Source: Camelus ferus
Lineage: Eukaryota
Reading direction: 5' to 3'
Length of the DNA stretch: 64,000 nt
NCBI RefSeq assembly: GCF_009834535.1
Contig: NC_045697.1
Location: 45,572,001-45,636,000, forward strand
Shown here: piece after piece, positions 38,930 to 53,262 of the stretch
Layout of the letters: each line of letters begins with the position of its first letter
Position numbering within the stretch: the stretch's first letter is position 1
Made by a program: the position numbers and the translations under genes
Notes under the pieces: model-generated
The model's input: only the letters and a program-made list of their open reading frames with translations
The model's database searches: none
Told to the model about the DNA's origin: nothing

Positions 38930-41290
38930 CTTACTGATTTCATATGACTTAATTACATTTCAAGACAAAGTGCTACATTCTTTAAAGGAATACAGAAATA
39001 ACCAACATTGAACAATGTAAAATCCACAATGCCCAGTGTCCAGTTTGTATACTAGATATAAATAAGTAGGAACATATGATCCATTGCCACAAGAAACTAT
39101 CAGTTAATAGTAATAGACTCGGAAGTGGCAAGGATGATAGGACTAGTAGACAAAAATAAAACAGCTAGTATATGTCTTTTAATACTCTTAAAAATGGAAG
39201 TAAAAAATACATTTGATGAAATTAATAGCAGATTAGACATTGCAGAAAGGAAAAACAGTTATCAGTGAATTTGAAGACATGGCAATAGAAGCTATCCAAA
39301 AAAAAAAAAAAAAAAAATTCAGAAGCTCAGTGAGCTAATGTATGTGTAACTAGAGTCCTCACAGGAGGGTAGGAGAGAAAGAGGCGATCCAGTTGGAATA
39401 GTCAAGATGGAGTTCAGAAAAAAATACTTAAAAAAAATAGAGGCCTAAAAGGTTCCTAATTTAGTGAACACTGTAAGCCTGTAGCTGTAAGAAGCTCAAT
39501 GAAATTCAAGTAAATGAACATTACAAAAATTTACCAAGGCAGCAATCCAGGAAAAAATATGGAAAACATACAAAATTATGGCAAATCAATAATAAAAGGA
39601 AAAATCTTAAAAACTAGAGGAAAATATACATTTTGCACAGATTAAAAAAGGATAAGGATGATAGACAATATCTCATCAGAAATTATGTTAGCTAGAGAAA
39701 GTGAAGTGACATCCTTAAAGTACTTAAAGGGAAAAAAAAAAGATCTGCCAACCTAGAATTCTACACACAGTAAAAATATCTTTCAAAAATGAAGATGAAA
39801 TAAAGACACAAAGATAATTGAGAGAAACTTCCAAACATTTAAAAATAACCCATAGATCAAAATGAAAATCACAAGAGCATTCAGAAAATACTTTAAATGA
39901 ATAAAAGTGAAAAAAATATATAAAATTTTGTAGGATGAAGCTAAAGCAGTGTTCAGAGAAATAATAAATGCTTATATTAGAAAAGAAAAAATCTCAAATC
40001 AATCATCTAAGAAAAAAGGAAATCATAAAGATAAAAGTATAAATCAATAAAATTGAAGACAGAAAAATGACAGAGAAAAATCTGTGAAATAAAAAGCTTG
40101 TTCCATGAAAAGATCAATAAAACTGATAAGCCTCCCATTAAACCTCTTTGGTTTGATCAAAAAAAAAGAGAAGACATATCCTACAGACAGTAAAAAGGAT
40201 AACAAAGGACTACTGTGAATAACTTTATTCTAAATAAATTTGACAACTTGGACGAGACTGACAAGTTCCTTAAAAGACACAAACTATCAAAGCTCAGTTG
40301 AGCAAACAGATAACCTGAAGAACCCTATATATCTGCTCATTAAGAGATGCTCACTGTCTTCATTATTGGAGGAAGGCAGATTAAATCCACAATGATACAC
40401 CATTACAATAGCAGTTCTCAATAGGGAGGTGGGCATTTGCCTCCAGGGGGACATTTGGCAATGTTTGGAGACAGCTTTGGTTGTTATAACTGGAGGCTTG
40501 CTACTGGCATATAGTGGGTAGAGGACAGGCATGTTTCTCAACATCCTACAATAAACAGAAGAAAAAATTACTTGGTCCCAAATGTCATTAGTCTGACACC
40601 ACACACACACACTAGAGTAGGGAAAATTAAGAAGACTTACAATACCAATGTTGGCAAAGTTGTGGAGCAAAATAAACTCATACAATGTTGGAGAAAGTGA
40701 AAAATGTTATGGCATATTTGGAAAAAAGTTTGGCAGTATCTTAAAATGTTAAACATGAGCTTATTCTATCCAACAATTCTACTGATAGGTATTTACCCCA
40801 GAAAAGTGAACAGATGTCCACAGAAAGACTTGTTTATGTTCACAGCCATTTTGGAAGAACTCAAATGTCCAATGAATAATGAATAAACAGATTGGAGCAG
40901 ATCTATATAATGGAACACTACTCAGCAATAGAAAGGAATACACTATTCATGCATGCAACAGCATGGATGAATCTCAAAAGCATTAATCTAAGGAAAGAAG
41001 CCATACTCCAAAGACTACATGCTGTTTAACTCCATTTGTATGGAATTCAAGAAAAATACATACTATGGTATCAAAAAAGCAGATCACTGGGGCCAGAGTG
41101 GGGGTTGGAGATAGACTACAAAAGCAAAAGTTATGTTTTAGGGAGTAATGAAAACATTCTGTAGCTTGACTGTGGTGGTATTTGCATGGCTGCATACACT
41201 TTCTGAAACTCACAAATTGTACACTTTAAAATTAGGAAGTCTTATTGTCTGTAGATTATATCTCAAAATAAACTGATTAAAGGAGGGAAA
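38930..41290 (+). mobile_element. Old, multiply deleted L1 (L1MB/MC-like) with ORF1, ORF2 and 3' UTR remnants
   Basis: tcagtgaatttgaagacat, ccaacctagaattcta, aaagatcaataaaactgataagcc, catggatgaatctcaaaagcatt, acaaattgtacactttaaa. Confidence 0.8.
40406..40592 (+). mobile_element. MER20 hAT-Charlie transposon inserted in the L1
   Basis: gttctcaa..ccagggggacatttggcaatgtttggagac..gctactggcatatagtgggtagagg..aacatcctacaat..aaatgtcattagt. Confidence 0.85.
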
Positions 41291-43613
41291 AAAAAGAAAC
41301 TGCATGCCAAAGGAGGAAAACTTTTTCCACAACTATGGGTTTCAGAACCACTCAGCCTCTGTCAAAACTGGGAAGCCTCTTGCCCAAGTAGGATAGTGTC
41401 TACAATGCAGCCCCCTCTCCCAGCTCCCCAGCCCAAGTCCATGACCTCAAACTGGATGCTTATTGCCTACCTCCCCCTCCATACACACATGTCCAAACTG
41501 AAGTAGGGCAACCTATTTCTCAGTCATAAGCCTAGCTGTACTGCAGTCTGAGTAATGTGTTTTGTAGCTTTCCAGATTCCATAGCACATTAAGGAATAGT
41601 AAATGGAAGTTGGGACCAAAAATAAATGAGCCACTCCAAAGTATTCACCACAAATCTTCAGCTCACTTTCAAGTAGCAATTGGTTAGTCTCTTCCCTGCT
41701 TCTCACATGTAATGTGTTTATTTTCTCCCTTCTCATTTGGGATCTCTCTCATGCTGCCTCCCAACCTTTCCCTCTCATTTACTGTCATACCTTTCTACTT
41801 ATCTGGATCCTTACTATCTTTCCAAGCCCAGCTCCAAGCCCCTCTTTCTGACAGTGCTGCCCTTAGACCCAGAAAAGCAGGGCTTACATATCAGGTGCCC
41901 CCGTTCTTTGGAGTGCCTTTCTAAAAAATGTCAAATTATCCTTACAGTGGTACTTAGTGGTGGAGATCAACTATGGTAGGCAATGCTGTATGAATGAGGA
42001 ATCAGGCTGCACCAAGATTTATGTTTTCCCTGGTCCCTGTTTCCCCTCTTGAGGGTGTTCCCTGACTCTCTTTTATCACTGATTCTTGCTTGTGGGGTCC
42101 GCCAGAAGACTCAGGGAGGTCTAGGACTCATGCCCCGGGAGTCCTCCTGGACCCAGTAGCTGGGTCCTCTAGGATGGGATCACAAGAGGCTGTGCTGCTT
42201 AAAATGGGGCTGACGTTGATTTTGAATGATCGCACTTGGCACAGGAGGTTTTCAGGACACTAGGTTACCCGGGATGGATGAGTCAGTTCTCTTTGCCTGT
42301 TAAGACTACAGCCCTGCTCAGGTCTGCAGCATTCCATGGCCTCCACAGGTTCCACACAACGAAGGAGGCATTGTTCCTGGACAGGTCATGTCTATCTTTT
42401 CTAAGGGCTTTCACCACCATTGCTCAGCTGTGTCAATTAGCTCCTCCAGCTGATGGTCTCTCTTGACTCTGACTGATAAGGTGACATCTTTTTCACCTGG
42501 GTCTGTCTTAGGTCATGTGTGTCTAAGGTTACACCTACTTCATTCCCTCCGACTATGAGCCCTCTGACTGTCTCCTGGTAAAGACAAGTGTGTAGTGATA
42601 ATCTGATGCCCAAGTATTTTCTAACTGCAGCCTAAATGTTAATTTTGCTGACAGAGACAGAATAAGCTCTTGGAGAAGAGGCATTGTATCTTAAATTTCT
42701 TTTTGCAATTTTTACTGCATCTAGCTCTGTTAGGCACTAGTGTGTGATTACTGTTTGTTTTTTTCTCTGACAGATTTATTGAAAGGCCCACTCAGTCTTC
42801 TCAATAAATCAAAAATTTGATTCAGGGGATCAGATGCTTAATATTTTCTCTCTGAAAAAAAGAATTTATTAAATATTGTTGACTTACTACCTCAAAGTCA
42901 GCATTTCTTATATAAAAAAAGTAAAATATACATTATTTTCTTTGGATAATTCCAGACACATTCTGCTTTTGAAATAGAGTCCTAACTCAATTATAATGCC
43001 AGAGACCAAATCATTTTTGCATGGTATAAAAAAAGACCAAGTGGATATACACAGGTTTCTCAAATATAAAACAAGTGCCTCTTCCCATTTTTGTAACTCA
43101 TTTTCCCTTTCAATAAATACTTCTTGTGACATTATGTTGATCCTGACAGAAATATTTCTGATTTCCTTTCTCTGGCATATGATGTGGTTTTAAAGGTTGG
43201 TGTGATGTACTTTGGTATGACATGAAAGTCATCATGAGATTTATGGAACTGACCAGAATCTTATTGCAGCCAGATTTTTTTCCCTAACAACCTAGGCCTG
43301 ACATCTATTTGGATGATGAATGTACTCAACTTAAATTTCCTTTTAGCATATAGAAAAATAAATGGTAAAAAAAAAAAAATCTGCCATTTGGAATAGATAC
43401 CTGGTTCCAAATCTATTCAACACTATCTGTGTTAGTTATAAAATTAAACCAAAAATGTTCTGATTCTCTTTATTTTTAATCAACATATTCATTAATGTAT
43501 TTGATGTGAAAATTCTTGTAAACCAGTTTGTATTTATGTCAGAATAATGTCTTCAAATGTGAGTTTGGCAGAATAGAATGGGAGGAGTGTATGAGTGAAA
43601 AAGATGGAAAAGG

Positions 43614-45144
43614 ATATTATAGAGCTACAGTAATCAAGACAGCATGGTATTGGTACAAAAACAGACATACAGACCAATGGAACAGAATAGAAAGCCCAGA
43701 AATGAACCCATTTCTTTTGGTCAACTAATCTTCAACTTTTGGTCAACTAATCTTCAACAAAGGAGGCAAGAATATACAATGGAATAAAGACAGTCTCTTC
43801 AGCAAATGGTGTTGGGAAAACTGGACAGCAGCATGTAAAGCAATGAAGCTAGAAGACTCCCTTACACCATACACAAAAATCAACTCAAAATGGATCAAAG
43901 ACTTAAACATAAGACAAGATACAATAAACCTCCTAGAAGAAAATATAGGCAAAACATTATCTGACATACATCTCAAAAATGTTCTCCTAGAACAGTCTAT
44001 TCAAGCAATAGAAATAAAAGCAAGAATAAACAAATGGGACCTAATGAAACTTACAAGCTTCTGCACAGCAAAGGAAACCATAAGTAAAACAAAAAGACAA
44101 CCTAAGGAATGGGAGAAAATTTTTGCAAATGAAACAGACAAAGGCTTGATCTCCAGAATATATAAGCATCTCATATGACTTAATAAGGAAAAAACAAACA
44201 ACCCAATCCCAAAACGGGCAGAAGACCTAAACAAGCAATTCTCCAAGGAAGACATACAAAAATGATCAATAGGCACATGAAAAAATGCTCAATATCACTA
44301 ATTATCAGAGAAATGCAAATCAAAACTACAATGAGGTATCACCTCATACCAGTCAGAATGGCCATCATTCAAAAGTCCACAAATGACAAATGCTGGAGAG
44401 GCTGTAGAGAAAAGGGAGCCCTCCTACACTGCTGGAGAGAATGTAGTTTGGTGCAGCCACTGTGGAAAACAGTATGGAGATTCCTCAAAAGACTAGACTT
44501 ACTATATGACCCAGGAATCCCACTCCTGGGCATATATCCAGAAGGAACCCTACTTCAAAAGGACACCTACACCACAATATTCATAGCAGCACTATTTACA
44601 ATAGCCAAGACATGGAAACAGCCTAAATGCCCATCAACAGATGACTGGATAAAGAAGAGGTGGTATATTTATACAATGGAATACTATTCAGTCATAAAAA
44701 TTGACAACATAACGCCATTTGCAACAACATGAATGCTCCTGGAGAATGTCATTCTAAGTGAAGTAAGTCAGAAAGAGAAAGAAAAATACCATATGAGATC
44801 GCTCATATGTGGAATCTAAAACAAAAACAAAAACAAACAAACAAACAAAACATAAATACAAAACAGAAACAGACTCATAGACATAGAATACAAATTTGTG
44901 GTTGCCAAGGGGGTAGGGGGTGGGAAGAGATAGAGTGGGATTTCAAAATTGTAGAATAGATAAACAAGATTATACTGTATAGCACAGGGAAATAAATACA
45001 AGATCTTATGGAAGCTCACAGAGAAAAAAATGTGACAATGAATATATATATGTTCATGTATAATTGAAAAATTGTGCTCTACACTGGAATTTGACACAAC
45101 ATTGTAAAGTTATTATAAATCAATAAAAAATGTGAAAATAAAAA
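43614..45144 (+). mobile_element. Young 5'-truncated L1 (camelid-type 3' UTR); ORF2 C-terminal part frameshifted
   Basis: ORFs read [66 protein letters not shown]. Perfect 17-bp TSD gaaaaagatggaaaagg (43597-43613 and 45145-45161). Confidence 0.96.
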
Positions 45145-45334
45145 GAAAAAGATGGAAAAGGTTAGAAAAAAAGAGTGATTGTAATGGAAAAGAAGATATA
45201 TAAGATGGCTTAAAAACCAAAATCAAACAAAAGCAAGCAAAAACTCTGAAATAATGCATCAGACCAGAGACACAAGAACACTGAAAGGGACAAGCAAGTT
45301 ATGTTTTACTTTATTTAAATACTTTGAAGTGCTC

Positions 45335-46438
45335 CAGCAAAGGATACAATCAACAAAATGAACAGACAACCTATAGAATGGGAGAAAATTTGCAAATGAT
45401 GCAGCTGACAGAGGTTAATGTCCAAAATATACAAACAGCTCATACAACTCAATATAAAAAAAACCCCAAACAAGCCAATCAAAAAATGAGAAGAATATCT
45501 AAATAGACATTTCTCCAAAGAACACATACAGATGGCCAACAGACACATGAGACAATCAACATCGCTAATTATCAGAGAAATGCAAATCAAAACTACAATG
45601 AGGTATCACCTCACACCAGTCAGAATGGCCATTATCAAAAAGTCTACAAATAATAAATGCTGGAGAAGGTGTGGAGAAAAAGGAACCCTACTACACTATT
45701 GGTGTGAACGTAAATTGGTGCAGCCATTATAGAGAACAATATGGAGGTTCCTTAAAAAACTAAAAATAAAACTACCATATGATCCAGCATTCCTACTTCT
45801 GGGTATATACCCAGAAAAGGTGAAAACTCTCATTTGAAAAGATACATGCACCCAATGTTCATAGCAGCACTATTTATAATAGCCAAGACATAGAAACAAC
45901 CCAACTGCCCATCAGTAGATGACTGGCTTTAAAAGGTGGTATATATCTATCTATATCTATATCTATATCTTTATCTATCTATATCTTTATCTATACAATG
46001 GATTATTACTCAGCCATAAAAAAGAATGAAATATTGCCATTTGTAGCAAAATGGATGGTCTTGGAGAATAATACTAAGTGAAGTAAGTCATAGAGAGAAA
46101 GAAAATATTATATATCACATGTAGAATCTTAAAAAATAATGTAAGTAAATCTATATACAAAACAGAAACAGACTCACAGACATAGAAAACAAATTTATGA
46201 TTACTAAAGGGGAAAGGGAGGCACAGGAGGGATAATTAGAAGTATGGGATTAACAGATACAACATAGTATACATAAAATAGGTAAGCAACAAGGATTTAC
46301 TGTAAAATACGGGGAATTATATTCAGTATCTTATAGTAACATATAATAGAAAATAATCTGAAAAAAAAAACTGAATTACTTTGCTGTAAACCTGAAACTA
46401 ACACAATACTGTAAATCAACTATACTTCAATAAAAATA
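45335..46438 (+). mobile_element. 5'-truncated L1 containing an (ATCTAT)n microsatellite
   Basis: ORF2 C-terminal peptide [27 protein letters not shown]; 3' UTR and A tail; degenerate TSD aaatactttgaagtgctc / aaattatttgaaatgttc. Confidence 0.92.
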
Positions 46439-49400
46439 AATTATTTGAAATGTTCAATTGTAAATGCATAAATACTTTAAATATAAATACTTAATTCAGG
46501 AATAAAACGTTAACTTTGGGATGAGTCAAAAAATTGAAAGCTGAAGATTAAGAAAAGTTTAGTAGGATAAAGTGTTACTAAACATTTATTAAATTATCCA
46601 AATTGCTTTCTAAAAAAGTATTTGGATGCACTTCTAATAATCAATCTTGAGAACCAGAGAAGATGGCACAAATTTTGCAGAGAACTCAGAGTTCATATTT
46701 CCCAGACTACTCTACTTTTGAAGTAGAAAATGATAACAATGACCTATTTTAAAGCAGTCAATAATTTATGTAAAGTAAATGATTTGTAGATAAAATTCAG
46801 CTGTATACTTTGGTGTGCTAATCTGCTGGACTTAGAGGACTTTTTATGATCAAACATATATTTAGTTATTCTGAACTTTTTCTTTATATTGAATTTAGAT
46901 GTAAACATAAACTTGTGGACTTTTTAAAGCATGAATTAATTCAAGCAATTATTATTAAAAACATACCTAATAACAGATTGTTTGAATTCTATTTATGATT
47001 TTCAAAAAATTCAATTATTTGACTAAATTGAACCATTAAAAAAACCCATTATTGTTACAAGCCTGTTTCAGAAAAATATCAAAATTGAATAGAGAGTTTA
47101 AGGCATACTGTTTTCTAAGTTATACATAGACTATTTGTTCCTTTTAAAAATCACAGAGATTTTATTTGTTCTTTTAGAATATTGAAAAGAAGTACCTTGT
47201 AAAAGAGAACAGGAATGTAAAAAATTATAGCAAATTCTCTTTCCACTTGAAGTTTAAGAAAGGCAAGGCAAAATAAAAAAAAACTTTCTCAGAATGAAAA
47301 ATTTAGAACAACAAGGCATAAATTGCATATCAGATTTAGATGTTTTCTGCAACTCTAAAATACATATTATTGGTATGTATTCCTTTGGCATCATTACATA
47401 ATTACATAATAGATTCATTTCCTATATCTGTTTAGAATATCTAATTATGAATTTATCACTAAAATTGTTATCACAACTAAATTACAAATTTTAATCTGGT
47501 GCCATAGCCAGAAACTAAATCTTGTAACAAGTATGTAGATAAATTCTAAAAAAATACTGTACCTTTTTTTTTTCTGCAACCATGAACTAACCCAGGCACT
47601 TACTGAAATTTGGTGACTATCGAACAAAATATAATTAATTGTTAGTATTTAATAAGGCAACTGGTAAGATAGATTTGGATTTAAATTCACAGCCACCACT
47701 ACAGATGTTTGTTTAAATCAAGTAGTTACAGGTCTTGCATTTCAAAATTGCGGAGAACTGTAAGACTCAACAAAGTTGTACATGTATTTTGTAGAGTACA
47801 AGGCCTTTACCATGCTATGAGACTTTTCAGAAGTTTGGGTCATAATGTCAGCATCAGGCATGACTCTCATTACCTGAAGATTCAAATCGGGTGGGACTAA
47901 GGCAGGATGTGTGTTCATGTATGTGTGTGCACACACGCACCTCAATGTGTGTGTATTCAAAGTACATTTTCAAACATTTGCACTGAATCCAGAGTTATAT
48001 TTTTGGTGTAGATCATGCACAAGAGTTATATGGTCACGAGAGAGGTGAACATTAGCACCTAAAGATAACTTCAACAAACTTGCAATCTGCTTTAGCAAAT
48101 ATATCAAGTGACTAAACTGAACAATCTTAGCAACATTACTTGAGGTGTAGTGCACCAACATCAACACAGCGATTTGGCTTGCGCACTTACTTCCAAAGGA
48201 CATTTTGATCTGGAGATATAATGAGAAGCAGCACTTCACTTAAATGCCTTCAGTCCGTTGACTCTAATGTGCAGGGGCAGGTGCATCACCAAAGCAAAGT
48301 ATGGAAGAATAAAATCCTGGCATGGGAGCAACTCTATCTTGGATCACTTCTCTACTAATTTTTCCCAAACCTTCTTACTTAAGCAGGTAGGAATGTCATG
48401 CTAAACCCATATTCTCAAAATATTAAACAAAGAAGTGGGGGAAGACAAAACCTGAACTAAAAAAAAATGTTCTTAAAGTTTAAACTCTATGGGACATCCT
48501 ATCAGCAAAATAAATTAAGCGTAATTGACTTTGTGTTTTGTGGGTGTTTTCACGGCGCTGATAAATGTAACCCGTGGGATTTGTCCACCACCAGCAGTCA
48601 AGTTGTCAACATCTACAGATGTAAAGTGTCATAACTGCAACACCACAGTTCATTACACACTCCCTACCGGCGACTATTGGGGACCATTGAGAGAACAGCA
48701 GAAGAGTTAGTGAGAATTGAGAAATTCAAACGCCAATGAATAAGACACTTCTGGACTCCCTGAGCAGTTTGAAAACACTTTGCCTGTTAATCTCAAGATG
48801 AAAAAGCATGATGAGAAACTGCAGGAATGAGCCCTTTGCCACAGGGAAACAGCACTGAGAGCCAACGGGAACTAAAAGAACGGTTCCTCCATCACAGCAA
48901 CAAGGTGATGGGACACGGACTCGCCTAAGCTTTCTGGCAGGTTTCTCCTGGTGAACTTGATGCTTTTTGGCAACCATTCTGGGTGAGGGAGATTCAGAGT
49001 AAAAACATTGTCAGGAGATTTTCTTTGGACACTAAGAATATTACCGCTGTGCATATCCAAGTCTTCAGAATTCTAGTCTTTTTAAAAAGATATATTTTCT
49101 GGTTAAAAATTATTTTAGTGATTAGAAGAAACAATGGAAATCAGCCCAGCAGTCTCCATTTAGGAGCAGGAATTAGATGGCAGTCCATATTTATGGGCAA
49201 ACTCACCAGTAAGTTTGGTTTAATAGCTGTTTTCTTTTATTCCTGGCTTTTTTCATTAAATGGACTAGATTCAAATATAATGATCATTAACTTGATGGAC
49301 TGAAATGATCAAATGGTTGAAATGCCAAAAGATGACAAATAATGCATAGGTTTGCATTGGAACCAAGTGTTCCTTTAGTTTAATTAAGCTTTTCCAGTTT

Positions 49401-50838
49401 TTCCCAATCTCAAGAAATGGGGAACTTTGATTCAAAAAAAAAAAAAAAAAGGTATAGGGTGTGGGAGTACTGTCTTTTAAAAATGGTTTTAACTTATAAA
49501 ATTTGGATCATGTTTTTATTACAAACTTTTCTCATGTAGAATTTCATTATCTCACACATACTTTTAGGTAGCATAAAGCTGGATATCTGAACAACAGCTT
49601 ATCATTTTGCAAAAGCACTTTTCATTCATCTCCCAAAGCACAATGCTTTTTCCTTCATATTCAGCACATGCTTTTTATTGCCTGTGACAAAGGCTTAAGA
49701 TGCTCATGCTTACTTCTTATGGCACATATCACTGGGTTCCCTGAGGATCAATATCAGTTTTAGTGTGCATCAAAGATTCACTTCTTCTCACTAAGATGTA
49801 TACATGGATGATTTTTATTATTAGGCTTTAGTCCCAAATTCCAGTGTGTTCTCTCGAGAGCTAGGCTGAACCATGGGGAACCACCAAGAATGGCTTTCCT
49901 TGCAGCAGGTTGACTTAAGGCCTATAAAAAACATGCTGAACAGCTTCCTTTGTTTCTTTTATCTCGGCCTGATTGCCATTATAGGTGCTCCAGACAGCAC
50001 CACACCAATTGTGAGAAAAGTCAAACGCCAAGGAAAAATCCTCCATGGAAAATGAGAGGGAAAAGAGCATTCCTTTCACCAGAGTATGAAACAAATTATC
50101 CAGCTTAGAGCTTCTTAAAGGGTTCCCCATAGCATTCAAGTAAAAGGCCCCCACCAGCCACTCTGACCAGAAACTGGGGTGGGGTGGGGTGAGAGAGGCA
50201 GGTGTCTTCATCACAGCAGGCCTCACTCATTGATTTGCACTCTACGACTCTAAAAAGAGTTGAAGCTGTTCCCACCATTTTTTTGAGAAGCATTGCTTGG
50301 ATCTAATGTTCCCCTGACCAAAAATGTTCATTCCTCCAATTGAATCATAGGATTAAGCCAGGTAACAGCTAGCATCATACTTGGCAGAGAGCAATGAAGG
50401 CAACATTTCTAAAAACAATACACTCAAAACTGGGAAACCTTCAATTTTACTTTAAATCCATAGATAATTAGCTAATTCATGACACAGTTATTGCTCTAAA
50501 TAGAATCTAAAGCACACAAGTACATTATAAGAATTATTTTAAACTAACATTACTTCTACGAAGCGTATTGCCAAATAAGCAGTAATAGATTTTTTATTAA
50601 ATTCAGAAACATTTCTCAATGCTCCCAATCAAGGCTGAATTTAAGTTTAACTTTACTTTTCTATAATTCCCTATATAAGTGAAAGGAATAATAAAAACTT
50701 CTTGAGACCAATGACTATGTGTTATATTGCTATGTGTTATAGATAATTAAAATTATTTAATGAGTTTCATTGAATTGACTGATAGACACCTCTCAGATAT
50801 ACGTTTGAAGAACTTCCTTAGAGCACCTGAAATAATTA

Positions 50839-51365
50839 CAGATGGTCCCCAATTTATGATAGTTTGACTTACAACTTTTCAAATTTATGATGGTGTGAAA
50901 GTGATAACGCATTCTGCGAAACTGTACTTCGAATTTTGAGTTTGGACCTTTTCTTGGGTTGGTGATACGTGTGCGATACACTCTTGTGATGCTGGGCCCG
51001 GGCAAGGCAGCAGCCACAGCTCCTTGTCAGCCATGTGGTCACCAGGGTAGACAGATCATTTACCTACAACTATCCTGTACCCGTACGACCTTTCTGGTTT
51101 TCACTTGCAGTACGATAGTCAATAAATTATGTGAGATAATTGACACTATCATAAAATAGGTTCTGTGTTAGATGGTTTTGTCCAATTGCAGGCTTATGTT
51201 AAGTGTTTTGAGCACATTTAAGATAGGCTAGGCTAAGCTATGATGTTTGATAGGTTAGGTGACGTTTGGTAGGTTAGGTGTATTAAATGCATTTTCACTT
51301 ATGATATTTTCAATCTATGATGGGTTTATGTGTACATAACTCCATTGTAATTCGAGAGAGATCTG
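50839..51365 (-). mobile_element. MER47/Tigger5-like TcMar-Tigger element
   Basis: TA|cagat...atctg|TA termini; taggctaggctaagctatgatgttt, aggttaggtgtattaaatgcatttt. Confidence 0.85.
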
Positions 51366-52315
51366 TATTCTAAAAATATTTCATTAGAACAACTGAAATA
51401 ATTTTGTATGGCAACGTGATTTACATTTTGAAAAACAAAGCTGTAACAGGATCTACATATTTATCTGTACTCTATTTGTATGTATTCTGACATAAACTTT
51501 GATATTGCTAGTTATATACCTTTACAGAAAAAGGAATACTAGAGGGAAATAAATCAAAATAATGATAGTAATATCTTGGAGCAGTAAAATGATGGGTGAT
51601 TTTAATTTTCTTTATACTTTTGTGTACTTTATTTTCTTCAATAAAGATAAATTATAATTACAATCAAAATAGTACTGCAATAAAATGATTTCTGAAAAAT
51701 TCTTTACATCTGATTTCAATTTTTTTCTATGTAACTGTGATAGAATTAGAGATCTGGCATCTGGATAGTAAGTAGAGGTAAACTTCTCCCTTTTCCATTC
51801 CCCAGTTTCTCTGGAGTTTTAGGTTCTTTGTTGGGCCACTAGGAAAAATCTCTCCTTGGGTTATGTATACTAATGATAGGGGCATGGACAACACTGAGAT
51901 TTTCTTATCCCTAACACATCTGCAGACAGACACGTAATTTGACTTCTGAGGTCGGAGTGTCCCAATGTGGTAAGAGTTGTCAAAACAAAAGATGTTTTGT
52001 AACATTCCATAGTCTTCTCTATCTAAAATGGTAGGAACCTTCAAATACCATCTCACCAAAGATTTGGGTTTTCACTTTGCCTTTGCCAACAGATTCATTT
52101 AAAAAGCATATCTTTGAGGATTTCTATTAATCTAGTAAATCATAATGACCTGGTTACACTGTAATGCTTTATATGAAATTATACAAAAATATTGAAATAC
52201 TCTTAATTTCTTTGCAGCACAGTATTCATTGATGATTATTTATATGTATACATACATGGCAAATTTATATGTAAATGTAATTCAACAAACCACTACCATA
52301 ATGTCCTATATATAG

Positions 52316-52529
52316 AAACATCTCAGAGATATTTCAGGTTAGGTTCCAGATCACTGAAATAAAGGAAATATCACAATAAAGCAAGTCACACAAATTTTTT
52401 GGTTTCCCAGTGCATATAAAAGTTATGTTTACACTATACTTTTTGCTAAATGTTCATAGCAGCATTATTTACAATAGCCAAGCCATAGAAACAACCGAAA
52501 TGCCATCAATAGACGACTGGTTTAAGAAT

Positions 52530-52578
<49 letters not shown>

Positions 52579-53262
52579 GGACTATTACTCAGCCATGAAA
52601 AACAGTAAAATATGGCCATCTGCAGCAATATGGATAGACCTACAGAAAATAAAACTTAATCAAAGTCAAATAGGAAAGTTTAAATACCATATGATATCAC
52701 TTATATGTGGAACCTAAAAAAAATAAATAAATTTGTATACAAAACAGAGTCACAGACATAAAAAACAAACATAGTTACCATAAGAGAAAGAGTGGGGAGG
52801 GATAAATTAGGAGTATGGGGTTAACAGATTCAAATTACTATACATAAAATAAATAAGCACCAAGGATTTACTATATAGCACAGGGAACTATATTCAATAC
52901 ACTATAATAATCTATAACGAAATATAATAAAAAATAACTGAATCAGCATGCTGTATACCTGAAACTAACACAATACTGTAAATCAACTATACTTCAATAA
53001 AAATAAATGAATAAAATAAATAATATAATACTCTTAAAAATTCCTTTTTTTTTAAAGCTAACAATCATCTAAGCCTTCAGTGAGTCATTTTTTTTTTTTG
53101 CAATAGTAACATCAAAAACCACTGATCACGGATCATTGTAACAAATATAATAATAATGAAAAAGTTTGATATATTGTGAGAATTACCAAAATGTGACACA
53201 GAAACACAAAATTAACAAGTGCTATTAGAAAAAATATATATATAGAAACAGCAAAACTGTGT
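52316..53262 (+). mobile_element. Internally deleted Tigger1 derivative, split by an L1 at ~52449-53022
   Basis: Tigger1 left end (ggttccagatcact..aaattttttggtttcccagtgcatataaaagttatgtttacactatact) and right end (atagtaacatcaaa..cactgatcac..ttgtgagaattaccaaaatgtgacacaga). Confidence 0.8.
52449..53022 (+). mobile_element. 5'-truncated L1 3' end with internal (CA)n at ~52530-52575
   Basis: aatgttcatagcagca, gcacagggaactatattcaa, aatcaactatacttcaataaaaataaa. Confidence 0.9.

Noticed and set aside
40287..40685. 132-aa minus-strand ORF
   Set aside because: Spans an L1/MER20 junction; chance ORF.
43528..45732. Cluster of ORFs on both strands as a functional multi-gene system
   Set aside because: They are frameshifted L1 ORF2 remnants and their antisense shadows.
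2290..53000. Recurrent motif gcacagggaact as a CRISPR-like or dispersed regulatory repeat
   Set aside because: It is part of the L1 3' UTR in each copy; there is no regular spacing or spacer structure.
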